Source of the DNA: Tubiluchus corallicola
Taxonomy: Eukaryota; Animalia; Priapulida
NCBI GenBank assembly: GCA_030141605.1
Contig: JAQGDQ010000395.1
Span: 1-64,000, forward strand
DNA: 64,000 bases
Reading direction: 5' to 3'
This document shows positions 25,920 through 37,366 of this stretch, piece after piece. The notes under the pieces were generated by a model, which saw nothing but the letters and a program-made list of their open reading frames with translations, was not told the DNA's origin and made no database searches. The stretch's first letter is position 1, and each line of letters starts with the position of its first letter. The translations under genes and the position numbers were made by a program.

Positions 25920-28183
25920 CGTTTTGCCGGACCCAACTCGCGATTTTTTCGAAATTTTGACCAAACAGTCTGCAGAAACAACGCTTTAGCGTCGCCTGGT
26001 GGGACTCTCGGAAGGAGATATGTAGCTCTTTAGAAATGGGAAGAACAGGGCTACACGACGATGTGGGCTATATTTTAGGACAGGTCCACCAAGAGGAGTA
26101 CCGACGAGTTAATTAGATGTTCAATTTTTGGCAATTTTCGCTTGGAAAACTGCTGACGCAAAGCCATTGTTCTGACGTTTATTAATTTTATATATCCACA
26201 ATGATCATTACAGCATTGTACATAAAAGTATTTATTAACATATTTATTATTATGTGCACAACATGCCAAGCCGCAAATGAACCGTGGGGTACTCAAGAAG
26301 TAGTTACTTGTTCAGAGCACCCCAAATGAATGTGGACTGAGTGTAATAGAAAAGAGCAGTAAAGGAGTAGAAGGAAAGGTTAATAGAGAATAGAAAGAAG
26401 GAGAAAGATGTGGTGGTATCTGTATGAGTAACATGAACTATAGAAATGTAAAAATTGACACAGCCAGCAACACAATGGATTCCGACAGGAACAGCAGTGT
26501 AATTAATCAAATTGATTTATTCTGTATAAATAGAAAAGATTTCATTTTTAAAATTTCTTTTAAAGTTATTTATAGATAAAGAATTTTTTATGTATTCGTT
26601 TATGTTATTCCAAAGTCAAGGGCCAGTGTTAGTGATGAAGTGCCTTGCCGCGTCAGTCCTGCAATACTAAATACGAAATTCATTAAATCTTGTTGAGTCT
26701 TACATTAATAGATAATGGGTTTAAAAAGAAAGCGGGGTGAAGTTTGTTTGGTTTTGTAGATGAACACAGCGGTATTCAGGTTTATTAGATCATTTAGCAC
26801 TAGGATAGAATAGTTTTTAAAGAGATTAAGACCTACATGTTCACGCTTGTTCAAATTACCTATCAATCTTATAAATTTACGTTGTAGAGAGTTTAGTTTA
26901 ACTAGAGTTGAAGGGTAGGTGTGCCCCCAAAGTATATTACAGTAGGTCAAGTATGGCAGTACTAGACAATTATAAAGAGTGATTAGGTGTTCTTTTGTAA
27001 AACAATGTTTAACTCGACGGATTAAGCCGATGTTTTTAGCAACTTTAGAATGAATCATGTTTACGTGTGGTTTCCAATCTAGGTGTTCATTTAACATAAC
27101 CCCTAAGAACTTCATTTCGCTTACTTGTTCTACAGCATTACCATCAATTTTTGTAATACTGTTCTTATAGGTTTGTTACGAGCTCTGAATAAAATGTATT
27201 TAGTTTTAGTTGAGTTTAGTGCTTATTTATTGATTTTAAACCAGGCTGTAATTTTACTGAGTTCACTATTAATAATATTAGTGTTAAGTAACTTGCTGCT
27301 GATCTTGAAAAAAATACTTGTGTCATCAGCAAATTGGAAGACCTTTCCATTGTCAGTAATACAGTTTTGTAAGTCATTAATGTATATTAAAAACGACAGA
27401 GGTCTCAAAATAGATCCCTGGGGTACTCCGTGTGTGACTATTGCTTCGTTGAAAAGAACATTGTTACATTTGACTGATTGAGTTCGGTCCTTGAGGTAAT
27501 TAGCAAACCATGAGTATGCGACCCTTCTAATGCCATAGTGGAATAACTTATCTAACAGAATAGCATGATTAACTGTATCAAAGGTCTTAGAGAGATCACA
27601 AAGAATGCCAATGGCAACAGCGTTTTGTTCTAATGAATTAATTACGTTGTTCATTATATTTATTAGGGCTAGCTGTGTAGAACTACCCTTTCTGAAGCCA
27701 TACTTATGATTATAAAGTACATTATGTATGGTCAAGTAGTCTAATAATCTTTTATGGACTATTTTTTCTAATATTTTAGAGAAAAAAGGTATTAATAATA
27801 TAGGTCTATAGTTATTAATATCTAAGGAGTCTTTAGCCTTAAACACAGGAATAATTACTGATTTTTTAAGTTGATAAGGTAATTTTCCTGTTGTTAATGA
27901 GCAATTGATTATATGCGTTAAAGGAGCAGCTAAGTTATCAATTAAATCAATTATGACTTTGGGGAGAAAGTTGTCAAAGCCTGCCCCTTTATTACGGTTG
28001 AAATATTTACATATACATTTCAATTTATTTATAGTCATCCATTATACTCTGCCTAGAACCTTATAACTTTAATTCAGTAAAAGCTGCTGGCTTTGCGTCA
28101 TAAAGGAGGACTATGGAAGATGTTCGCGCTTTGTTGATCATAAGTGTACTTGTACGCAAAATCTTTTGCGGGGCCTTTGCTAG
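25920..28183 (+). mobile_element. Non-autonomous Helitron fragment split by a LINE insertion
   Basis: 25920-26178 and 28036-28183 are contiguous in the intact copies (gacgt|catccatt); ends in hairpin cgcaaaatcttttgcg plus CTAG. Confidence 0.8.
26179..28035 (-). mobile_element. 5'-truncated, frameshifted CR1/L2-group LINE (reverse transcriptase)
   Basis: ORFs 27223-28038 (NNYRPI, DLSKTFDTV, GVPQGS, FADD) and 26705-27115 (KFLGV..W..H); degenerate C-terminus and 3' UTR extend to ~26179. Confidence 0.95.
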
Positions 28184-29581
28184 AACTAAAATATTTTCTC
28201 CGGGTACACTTTTTTATGCAACAACGTCACACAAGTTTTGTTTACCAAGTTCTAATGATTTTTTTTCATTTTATTCGTGGATCAGAATAGCCTGATTGAG
28301 GATACAGTTAAGAAAAAAACGTGTGTCGCTTATTGTACCGAGTAGGCGATTGTAGTATTATGTGACCCATTTAATTGTCAGTCCACTACACTAAAGTACT
28401 GAATTAGCGTATGCTGCCATCTACAGTCGTTGTTTTACTCTAATTGTACACAGTTTGTCAGAGATTGATTTGTCATTAATTTTGATTCTAGATATTGTTT
28501 CCTTTTGCTTTTATTCATTAATCAGAGTAATTAAATTGTTAATTTCATGCTTTAATTCTGGTTCTAACTCTCTTAATCAAGTTTAAATAGAAAAAAATTA
28601 TAACACAGCTTTCTGTAAACCAATAATCTTTATTCTGCTATCAAAAAAGTCAAGCACACTTTGATTTTGGTATAACTAGTAGTCTGTAGAGTATAGGTGA
28701 CCTTTCCATTTATGGTCTGTATTCATGAATGTGATGTACCTTCCAAAAGGAACTTGAATCTCTGGTCATGTGATTACAGCGCTATTCTCTCAGGCATGCA
28801 AGTTTCAGTTGATCTAGAGACAGCAATGTTAAAGTATACAAAATTTCTACAGTATCATCGCGCTAACTTTTATGACTGTTTGTTCAATTTTGTTACTGAC
28901 GTGAACATTGTATACGTTTTACAATAAGAATGATTGCAAATTTCTGCATCGTGCATTAAACCTGTGAAAGTTATTGAAAATGAAAGTAGTCTCCGTATGT
29001 TGATTCCGTGTTTCAATCTAACGTATTAGTAACTGAAAAAGTATCTATACAAATTCTTACAAATTCTCACACTTACCTCGCACTGAGTAGTGCGAGGTGA
29101 GTGTACGACCATACGGTCATTAACACACTAACCTTACTTAAATGAAAAAATGATTATAGTTATGCATGTTTCTGCACATAACTTAATGTAAATAAGGATG
29201 AAGTAAATGATGTAATAATTTGAGTAGAGCGAGGTGAGTGTAAGACCATACTAAAGTCATTAACAAACTCACCTACTTAAATGAAAAAATGATTACCCTT
29301 GGTAGAATCTTTGGGGGACATGATCAGAATAACTTTTAACTGTGCAAGTAGTTCAGAACAATTCCACCCGAGGGCATTTGCCTCGTGACATTACCGCATG
29401 ACAAAACATCCTTCAGACCTGGCCGTTTAATAGAAGAATAATTCCACGCGAGGGCATTTGGCTCCTGACTACCGCTTGGCAAAACATCCTTACCAATAGC
29501 GTGACTTCTGCTGCGTGGTAATTTTCCTTTTTTGTCCGTAGAATCGGCTACGTTTAGGACACCATTCGTAAAACAGTCAAC

Positions 29582-29633
29582 ATGTTGAAAGCAGCTGTTC
29601 TGTGTCTTTCCACTATCTCCTTGATTGGTGTAG
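29582..29633 (+). CDS. Exon 1 (signal peptide) of secreted triple six-Cys-repeat protein
   Basis: ATG..MLKAAVLCLSTISLIGV then G|GTAAGT, a perfect phase-1 donor; joins in frame to 30986. Confidence 0.85.
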
Positions 29634-29873
29634 GTAAGTACCAACCTGTATTATAGTTTGTTATTTTAGACTGTAATCTTAAAACATTATTTTTATAAAA
29701 TGACAATATCTAAGTAATTTTAACTGCGTTCATCTAGTTATTGACACGATGATGTGATTATTTTTAACGCTTTTTATGTTGGACTTAATTGCAAATATAT
29801 ATATAGTAGTATATATATATAGTTGTATATATAGTTGTATATATACATATATGTACATATAGTTGTATATATA

Positions 29874-30367
29874 CTACGGCCAAATTACGTTGAAAACACC
29901 GGTTCTCGTCTGATCACCGAAGTTAAGCAACGTAGGGTCTGGATAGTGCTTGGATGGGTGACCGCTTAGGAATACCAAGTGCTGTAGGCTTGTGGGATGC
30001 CCACACTGTATCTCGACACTAGGCAGAGGAGCTGTATAAGCAGCCAACGGCTAGAGGGCGGAGGAGGTCAAGTGACCCAATGGCCATGTGTAGAGGAGAA
30101 AACCTTCCAAATCAGGAGTGGAGCCCCGAAGGCGGACCAGTGCAGCATGCTCACTGACTCCGGCAGCTCCTGCAGCCAACCTGGTGCTAACATATCGCTC
30201 CGCTTTCCTTTGGACTACACCAGGGAGGAAGAGAGGGGGTTCCTGTTGTCTGGGCAACTCAGGATCTCCATACACCTTGCCCAGGCGTGCGCCCTGGACA
30301 CGTTCAAGGATCGGACTATCTTGGCGCACATTCCATTGTCTTCAAGACAGAAGGATGCCAACAACAA
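29874..30367 (+). mobile_element. 5S rRNA-headed SINE with RTE-like body, copy 2 (in intron 1 of the Cys-repeat gene)
   Basis: 5S-like head and same body as copy 1 with a ~55-bp internal deletion; caacaacaa tail; TSD-like ttgtatatata. Confidence 0.9.
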
Positions 30368-30985
30368 TTGTATATATATAGTAGTATAGCCGCGTCGCCC
30401 ATTCCTCGTGATAATCGAGTATGCAGGTGTGATAACGTCTCTGTTCAAGACGAGTCCTACGTTACTGTACATTATAGATTATCTGAGCCAATGAGAGAAA
30501 TGTGTGCCACGTATTTAAACAGATTGCAAGAGCTATTTGATTTAGAGAATGAATTTTGTGGTAAATTCTTGTCAGGAATTTTGAAACTTGCTGTGTTCTT
30601 ATTTGTTGCTGACATTGATCTTATTCTAACTCAGTGCCAATCTTTTTAATGTTGTTGATGGACTATAATGTCAATATTGTCAATAAAATATTACTACTAT
30701 TATAGGTCTAATGAAAGCATAATATTCAGTCAAATTACAGTAGTTTGATCTGCATATTTAATGAATTTTTTGTGTAGTAAACTAGTCCGGAATGCGAAGC
30801 ATGTGTTATTGAGTTTTTTTGCCAATCTGCTTGGATATCTCATGTAGAATACCTTTTATCATTGTCATGGAATCCATTTTGTAATATGTTATTTAGAATG
30901 TTATTGTCGCCATTATACAAACGACAATGTGATATTAGTGATAAATTTTTGGAATTTTTATTTTGCGTTTTTTCATTTCTTCTAG

Positions 30986-31114
30986 TATGTCAAGATCAAC
31001 AACAGTGCATGTCACAAAATGGACGGTGTGTGTTGAAGTCAAGTTGTTGGGGGTTCACAGGTCCACAGTGCCCCAATCACCCTTCTAACTTTACTTGTTG
31101 CGTCAGTTATTCAG
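30986..31114 (+). CDS. Exon 2: six-Cys module 1 (beta-defensin-like spacing)
   Basis: ttctag| ... |gtaatt, 129 nt, phase 1-1: CQDQQQCMSQNGRCVLKSSCWGFTGPQCPNHPSNFTCCVSYS. Confidence 0.88.
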
Positions 31115-31294
31115 GTAATTTCTGTGCAACGCTTTGACATTTTTCACACCTGCATTGTAATTGCTTGTCAATAAAATGCTTAATTTTTTGTGCACTGATG
31201 TTAAAAAATAGGCCATCATATGGTTTTAAGACGGCAATCATGGGGACGTGTTAAAATACAGGTAGGCGAAATAGAATGCACTTCATTCTGCGAG

Positions 31295-32140
31295 TTATTG
31301 AACATTGTAGATTATCTGAGCCCGGGCCAGGCCACTCATTCCTTGTGATAACAGGGTATACAGGTGTGATAATGTCTCTGTTCAAGACGAGTCGCATGTT
31401 ATTGAACATTGTAGATTATCTGAGCCCGGGCCAGGCCACTCATTCCTTGTGATAACAGGCTATACAGGTGTGATAATGTCTCTGTTCAAGACGAGTCGCA
31501 TGTTATTGAACATTGTAGATTATCTGAGCCCGGGCCAGGCCACTCATTCCTTGTGATAACAGGGTATTCAGGTGTGATAATGTCTCTGTTCAAGACGAGT
31601 CGCATGTTATTGAACATTGTAGATTATCTGAGCCCGGGCCAGGCCACTCATTCCTTGTGATAACAGGGTATACAGGTGTGATAATGTCTCTGTTCAAGAC
31701 GAGTCGCATGTTATTGAACATTGTAGATTATCTGAGCCCGGGCCAGGCCACTCATTCCTTGTGATAACAGGGTATACAGGTGTGATAATGTCTCTGTTCA
31801 AGACGAGTCGCATGTTATTGAACATTGTAGATTATCTGAGCCCGGGCCAGGCCACTCATTCCTTGTGATAACAGGGTATACAGGTGTGATAATGTCTCTG
31901 TTCAAGACGAGTCGCATGTTATTGAACATTGTAGATTATCTGAGCCCGGGCCAGGCCACTCATTCCTTGTGATAACTGGGTATACAGGTGTGATAATGTC
32001 TCTGTTCAGGACGAGTCGCATGTTATTGTACATTGTAGATTATCTGAGCCCGGGCCAGGTCACTCATTCCTTGTGATAACAAGGTATTCAGGTGTGATAA
32101 TGTCTCTGTTCAAGACGAGTCGTATGTTATTGAACATTGA
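31295..32140. repeat. 104-bp tandem repeat array (~8 units) in intron 2
   Basis: Unit gagcccgggccaggccactc...gtagattatct with period 104. Confidence 0.97.
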
Positions 32141-32182
32141 ATATCTGAGTTCGCTATATAGTATATTATATCTATCTATCTA

Positions 32183-32226
<44 letters not shown>

Positions 32227-32676
32227 TATATACTATAGTCATTATCGTTATAGTTATATGTTATTATATTACTTTTTAACGTATGAGATAGTCAGATGAG
32301 TCTGGTTAAACTATATATTACAAGATATCATTATATTATAGTTAAGCATAGTTATATATAAAGTCTTTATATGATAACCACATAGAAGGTGTACTATAAG
32401 AACTGCATACAGTGTGCTTTACAAAAACTATATAAACAAAAAGTTATAGATACCATTCTTTGTTCGCACATTTTATAGCAATATAATAAAAACGGTGTTC
32501 GTTTCGTCTGACTATGTTAATGTTACCATTAATAGTAAAGACAGCTAAGATGAAGCTGCAATACCGTAGCAAGTTAAACGATCAAAAATAAAGAAAAAAA
32601 AACGAAATGCCTTTACAACAATGTTGAAATATATATGTATATACACATGAATACCATGTTCTTGGTCGCTTTTTAG

Positions 32677-32799
32677 GTCAAGAGGAGACATGTGCTGATA
32701 TTGGCGGCTATTGCACCTACCAGGATTGGTGTGATAACGATGATTGGGTGTACGGATTCTGTCTTACTCAAGGAGACAACGTAAAATGCTGCCTGGGGA
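32677..32799 (+). CDS. Exon 3: six-Cys module 2 (acidic)
   Basis: ttttag| ... |gtaagt, 123 nt, phase 1-1: QEETCADIGGYCTYQDWCDNDDWVYGFCLTQGDNVKCCLG; absent from the ORF track. Confidence 0.88.
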
Positions 32800-33194
32800 G
32801 TAAGTTTGCTGTTCTAACCCTCACCTTACTTTAAATACCAAACCTAAAATTCATGTGTGTTAATTAACTAAGCGTAGATAAAACAGTTTTTAGACAAAAA
32901 GCTTGGTGAGCTTAAGTTTAATGAACCCCCTCACATTTGCTTTGCAATTTCCATTATAATTCACGTCGTCACTCTCATGCGTTTGAATCCTTTCGTAAGC
33001 GTTATGATTAGGTTGCTGATAACATTTTAGATAATATTCGTGCTAAACGTGTAAGCAAAAGTTGGTTTTCTTGCTAATCTCAAGCCTGCGTTAAAGCAAC
33101 ATGTAGTTTATTCGTTTGATATCCCCACTTCTCTGGAATAAGTTTTAATAAGTTTATGCTGTCGTCTCATCATCTGAGCATCAAGACTGGTAGA

Positions 33195-34338
33195 CGGGCC
33201 AGGCCACTCATTCTTCGTGATAACAGGGTATGCAGGTGTGATAACGTCTCTGTTCAAGACGAGTCGTATGTTATTGTACATTGTAGATTATCTGAGCCCG
33301 GGCCAGGCCACCCATTCCTCGTGATAACAGGGTATTCAGGTGTGATAATGTCTCTGTTCAAGACGAGTCGCATGTCAATGTACATTGTAGATTATCTGAG
33401 CCCGGGCCAAGCCACTCATTCCTCATGATAACAGGGTATTCAGGTGTGATAATGTCTCTGTTCAGGACGAGTCGCATGTTATTTTACATTGTAGATTATC
33501 TGAGCCCGGGCCAGGCCACCCATTCTTCGTGATAACAGAGTATTCAGGTGTGATAACGTCTCTGTTCAGGACGAGTCGCATGTCAATGTACATTGCAGAT
33601 TATCTAAGCCCGGGCCAGGCCACTCATTCCTCGTGATAACAGAGTATACAGGTGTGATAATGTCTCTGTTCAAGACGAGTTGCACTTTATTGTACATTGT
33701 AGATTATCTGAGCCCGGGCCAGGCCACCCATTCCTCATGATAACAGGGTATTCAGGTGTGATAATGTCTCTGTTCAGGACGAGTCGCATGTTATTGTACA
33801 TTGTAGATTATCTGAGCCCGGGCCAGGCCACCCATTCCTCGTGATAACAGAGTATTCAGGCGTGATAATGTCTCTGTTCAAGACGAGTCGCATGTTATTG
33901 TACATTGTAGATTATCTGAGCCCGGGCCAGGCCACCCATTCCTTGTGATAACAGAGTATTCAGGTGTGATAATGTCTCTGTTCAAGACGAGTCGCATGTT
34001 ATTGTACATTGTAGATTATCTGAGCCCGGGCCAGGCCACCCATTCCTCATGATAACAGGGTATTCAGGTGTGATAATATCTCTGTTCAAGACGAGTCGCA
34101 TGTTATTGTACATTGTAGATTATCTGAGCTCGGGCCAGGCCACTCATTCCTCATGATAACAGGGTATTCAGGTGTGATAATGTCTCTGTTCAAGACGAGT
34201 CCTATGTTATTGTACATTGTAGATTATCTGAGCCCGGGCCAGGCCACTCATTCCTCGTGATAACAGGGTATTCAGGTGTGATAATGTCTCTGTTCAAGAC
34301 GAGTCGCATGTTATTGTACATTGTAGATTATCTGAGCC
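33195..34338. repeat. 104-bp tandem repeat array (~11 units) in intron 3
   Basis: Same unit as 31295-32140; a single unit also lies at ~30395-30488. Confidence 0.97.
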
Positions 34339-34818
34339 AATGAGAGAAATGTGTGCCATGTATTTAAACAGAGTGCAAGAGCTATTTGATTTAGAGAATG
34401 AATTTTGTGGTAAATTCTTGTCAGCAATTTTGAAACTTGCTGTGTTCTTATTTGTTGTTAACATTGATCTTATTCTAACTCAGTGCCAATCTTTTTAATG
34501 TTGTTGATGGACTATAATGTCAATATTGTCAATAAAATATTACTACTACTGTAGGTCAGTCAAATTACAGTATTTTAATCTGCATATTTAATTAATTCTT
34601 TTGTGTAGTAAACTAGTCCGGAATGCGAAGCATGTGTTATCGAGTTTTTTCTGCCAATCTGCTTGGATATCTCATGTAGAATACCTTTTATCATTGTCAT
34701 GGAATCCATTTTGTAATATGTTATTTAGAATGTCATTGTCGCCATTATACAAACGACAATGTGATATTAGTGATAAATTTTTGGAAATTTTATTTTGCAC
34801 TTTTTTCATTTCTTTTAG

Positions 34819-34946
34819 TATATCAAGAGCTAGCGTGCTTCCTTGCAGGTGGACAGTGTGCATTGGCATCAAGTTGTAATGGGGCCACAGTTCCAAATAA
34901 GTGCCCCACTCAGCCTTCTTCTAAAGTTCAGTGTTGCGTTCACTAA
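34819..34946 (+). CDS. Exon 4: six-Cys module 3 with stop codon
   Basis: ttttag| phase 1: YQELACFLAGGQCALASSCNGATVPNKCPTQPSSKVQCCVH*; donor cag|gtaatt retained 9 nt after the stop. Confidence 0.85.
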
Positions 34947-35127
34947 TTAATACAGGTAATTTCTGTGCAGTGCTTTGACATTTTTCACACCTGCATTGTA
35001 ATTGCTTGTCAATAAAAATTCTTAATTTTTTGTGCACTGATGTTAAAAATTAGGCCATCCTGTGGTTTTAAAATGGGGACGTGTTAAAATACAGGTAGGC
35101 GAAATAGAATGCACTTCTTTCTGCGAG

Positions 35128-35290
35128 CACAACTGATTTTTGAAAACTTCAAGCTTATTAAATTTCATGTGCTCATTAATTCTAAACTGAAGTTGTCTTG
35201 TGGTATGTCCTCTCAAACAATGACACATCCATGACAGACATGTGTATCAGATATCTTTTATCTTACGATATAAGGTAGAACATACCTAGT
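35128..35290 (-). mobile_element. Degenerate Penelope-like GIY-YIG endonuclease fragment
   Basis: GHTTRQLQFRINEH matches the G.TTR.L..RI.EH motif. Confidence 0.45.
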
Positions 35291-36039
35291 TACATGGACT
35301 ACATGATATCCTCAATAAGGAGCCACCGGGCGACAACATAGCCTTGGGTAGCCTATTGTGCTATTTCAACCTAGTACAGTTTTCAAACAGTTAATATAAA
35401 CGTCAGAAGAAGTCTGTTTGAAATAGAATCGTGAGTTTGTTTAACAGGCAATTAGGCAAAACGGCATGTAACACTATCTGTAGACTTATTCAGGAAAGTT
35501 GTACGTTCATTAGTGAAACTGTTTACAAGGGCAGATCCAAGCACCTAGGGTGAACAGTAAGAATAGACGCTGTACCTCGAGATACGTCACGCTAGCGCAG
35601 TTCTCGACAAACGACTTTAACCCTTGGCTTTCTCATAGTTGCTCTGCTAAGCTGTACAATTGAATCATTTGTCTAGATTTTTCATTTACTGGTGTAGAAG
35701 CAGTAATATATTAGCTTAAGTTCGTAAGTATACGTTGCCTTAAGAACAAAAACAGCACGAAAACTGATTGAATAGAAACACTCGTGCAGTTAAATGACTC
35801 TAGATTTAACTATTCTTTAACGACACCAGTTCATGAAAGAGTTAAATTATTTAGTCCTGCAAATTTTCTACAATTTAGTTATAGATTGTAAAGACCGTAA
35901 AAATGAAGTTATACTTAACGTATTTCTCGTATGTAAAGTACAATTAATAATCTTAGTCAATGTAATGTCAGACGTGTTTGTTTTTTTAGTAAAGTTCTAC
36001 TAACCACTTCATTTTAAATAGAGGAACTAAATCATTTCG

Positions 36040-36300
36040 GAATAGAATAGGCGAACAAAATAAGATTGCTGTCATTGTAATAATGCAACTCCTCAAACAC
36101 CAGAACACATTATATTTGACTGTGACTTGGTAGACCACCAATTTTAAATGAATATAAGACAAATTCTGCCCTCAGCCAACATAAGCGAGATTTATCTAAA
36201 CAGAGATAAAGATGTGTGCCAGGCATATGTAAATATTGTTAGAGATGTCGTGCGGAAAAAATTGCTATAAAGTATTTCAAATTATAATCACAGAAAAACA
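36040..36300 (+). mobile_element. Degenerate non-LTR retrotransposon C-terminal zinc-knuckle fragment
   Basis: CCHCNNATPQTPEHIIFDC fits C..C...T.EH...C. Confidence 0.45.
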
Positions 36301-36474
36301 GGTATTGAGTTAGCCGTTATATTGCATATATTATAGGGTAAACTATGTATGTATTTAAAATTTATTCTAAATTGGCATTATGTATAATCTTGTTATTGTA
36401 AATTTATGTTTTGTAAACGAACCCCCCCCTGCAAATAGAGGGGAAACAATGTATTCATTGTTTAATAAAAGACA

Positions 36475-36536
36475 TAATAATAATAATAATAATAATAGTA
36501 GTAGTAGTAGTAGTAGTAATAATAATAATAATAATA

Positions 36537-36628
<92 letters not shown>

Positions 36629-36630
36629 AA
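36475..36630. repeat. (AAT)n/(AGT)n microsatellite
   Basis: Visible directly. Confidence 0.97.
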
Positions 36631-36834
36631 CCACTTCAAAATCTGAAAATATCGTATATAAAATAAATATGTGCGTGCGTTATTTATCTTTTTCACGAAT
36701 ATAATCATCAGCGTTTCATTAATAAATAATAAAATTGTCAAAAAAGAGATTAAATCTCATAATTTTATGCTGAAATGTGTTGCTTGTTGTTGGTTTAATA
36801 AGAAACAAGTGATTTAGTGGTTTAAATTTAGGAC

Positions 36835-37000
36835 TGAATTCAGCGAGAATTCCTCACGAAAATGGAACATGCAGTATTGCTACCATGTGGCAAAACACCT
36901 CGCGAGGAGGACGCATAGCTTCTAGCTGGCAGCACAATTCCTCACGACGAACTGAACGAGGAATTTTGCCGTCTGTCCTCACTGTGAAATGCGCCATATA
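36835..37000 (-). mobile_element. Fragment related to the Harbinger-like MITE at 1333-1996
   Basis: cgcatagcttctagctggc and tgtgaaatg match the reverse complement of 1335-1450. Confidence 0.65.
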
Positions 37001-37255
37001 AAACAATATGTTCCATTTTCAAGACGAACGGCGCAAGGAATTTCTCCTCCAGTCATTTTGCTGCGCCTCCTCAGTGTGAAAAGGATCTAAGAACATTTTG
37101 CCCAGTGAAATTCAACAGTTTTTAACCGTGGCCTGCAAATGTAAAAATCACAATGTACATCTGTAACTGCTACTCATTCTCGTGGCAATTATTTACACTT
37201 ATAATCATTCGAATGTCTTGATGAATTAGTTCGTTAAATGTATTTAATTCATTAG

Positions 37256-37366
37256 GGGAAGCTGACTTCATCTTACACACTGCAGGGACATCGAGACGTC
37301 GGGACCACAGACTGCCCCGGCCAACGCTTGTACAAAAAAATCAAGACTTGGGCGGGATATCCATGA
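37256..37366 (+). CDS. Terminal exon of a peptidoglycan recognition protein (amidase-type PGRP); upstream PGRP exons not found
   Basis: ttcattag| GKLTSSYTLQGHRDVGTTDCPGQRLYKKIKTWAGYP*, matching the PGRP C-terminus Y.L.GHR....T.CPG..LY..I.TW with the Zn-ligand His and Cys. Confidence 0.85.
   Translation, partial: GKLTSSYTLQGHRDVGTTDCPGQRLYKKIKTWAGYP

Noticed and set aside
31295-34338. 104-bp units as an array of cassette micro-exons (tgtag|...cag|gtgtga)
   Set aside because: The putative exon is 53 nt (not a multiple of 3), the introns would be only 51 nt, and two frames contain stops.
35500-35555. FISETVYKGR as a relic of the PGRP VYEGRGW motif
   Set aside because: Short match, an in-frame stop follows, and no DIGY context or splice sites; cannot be told from chance.
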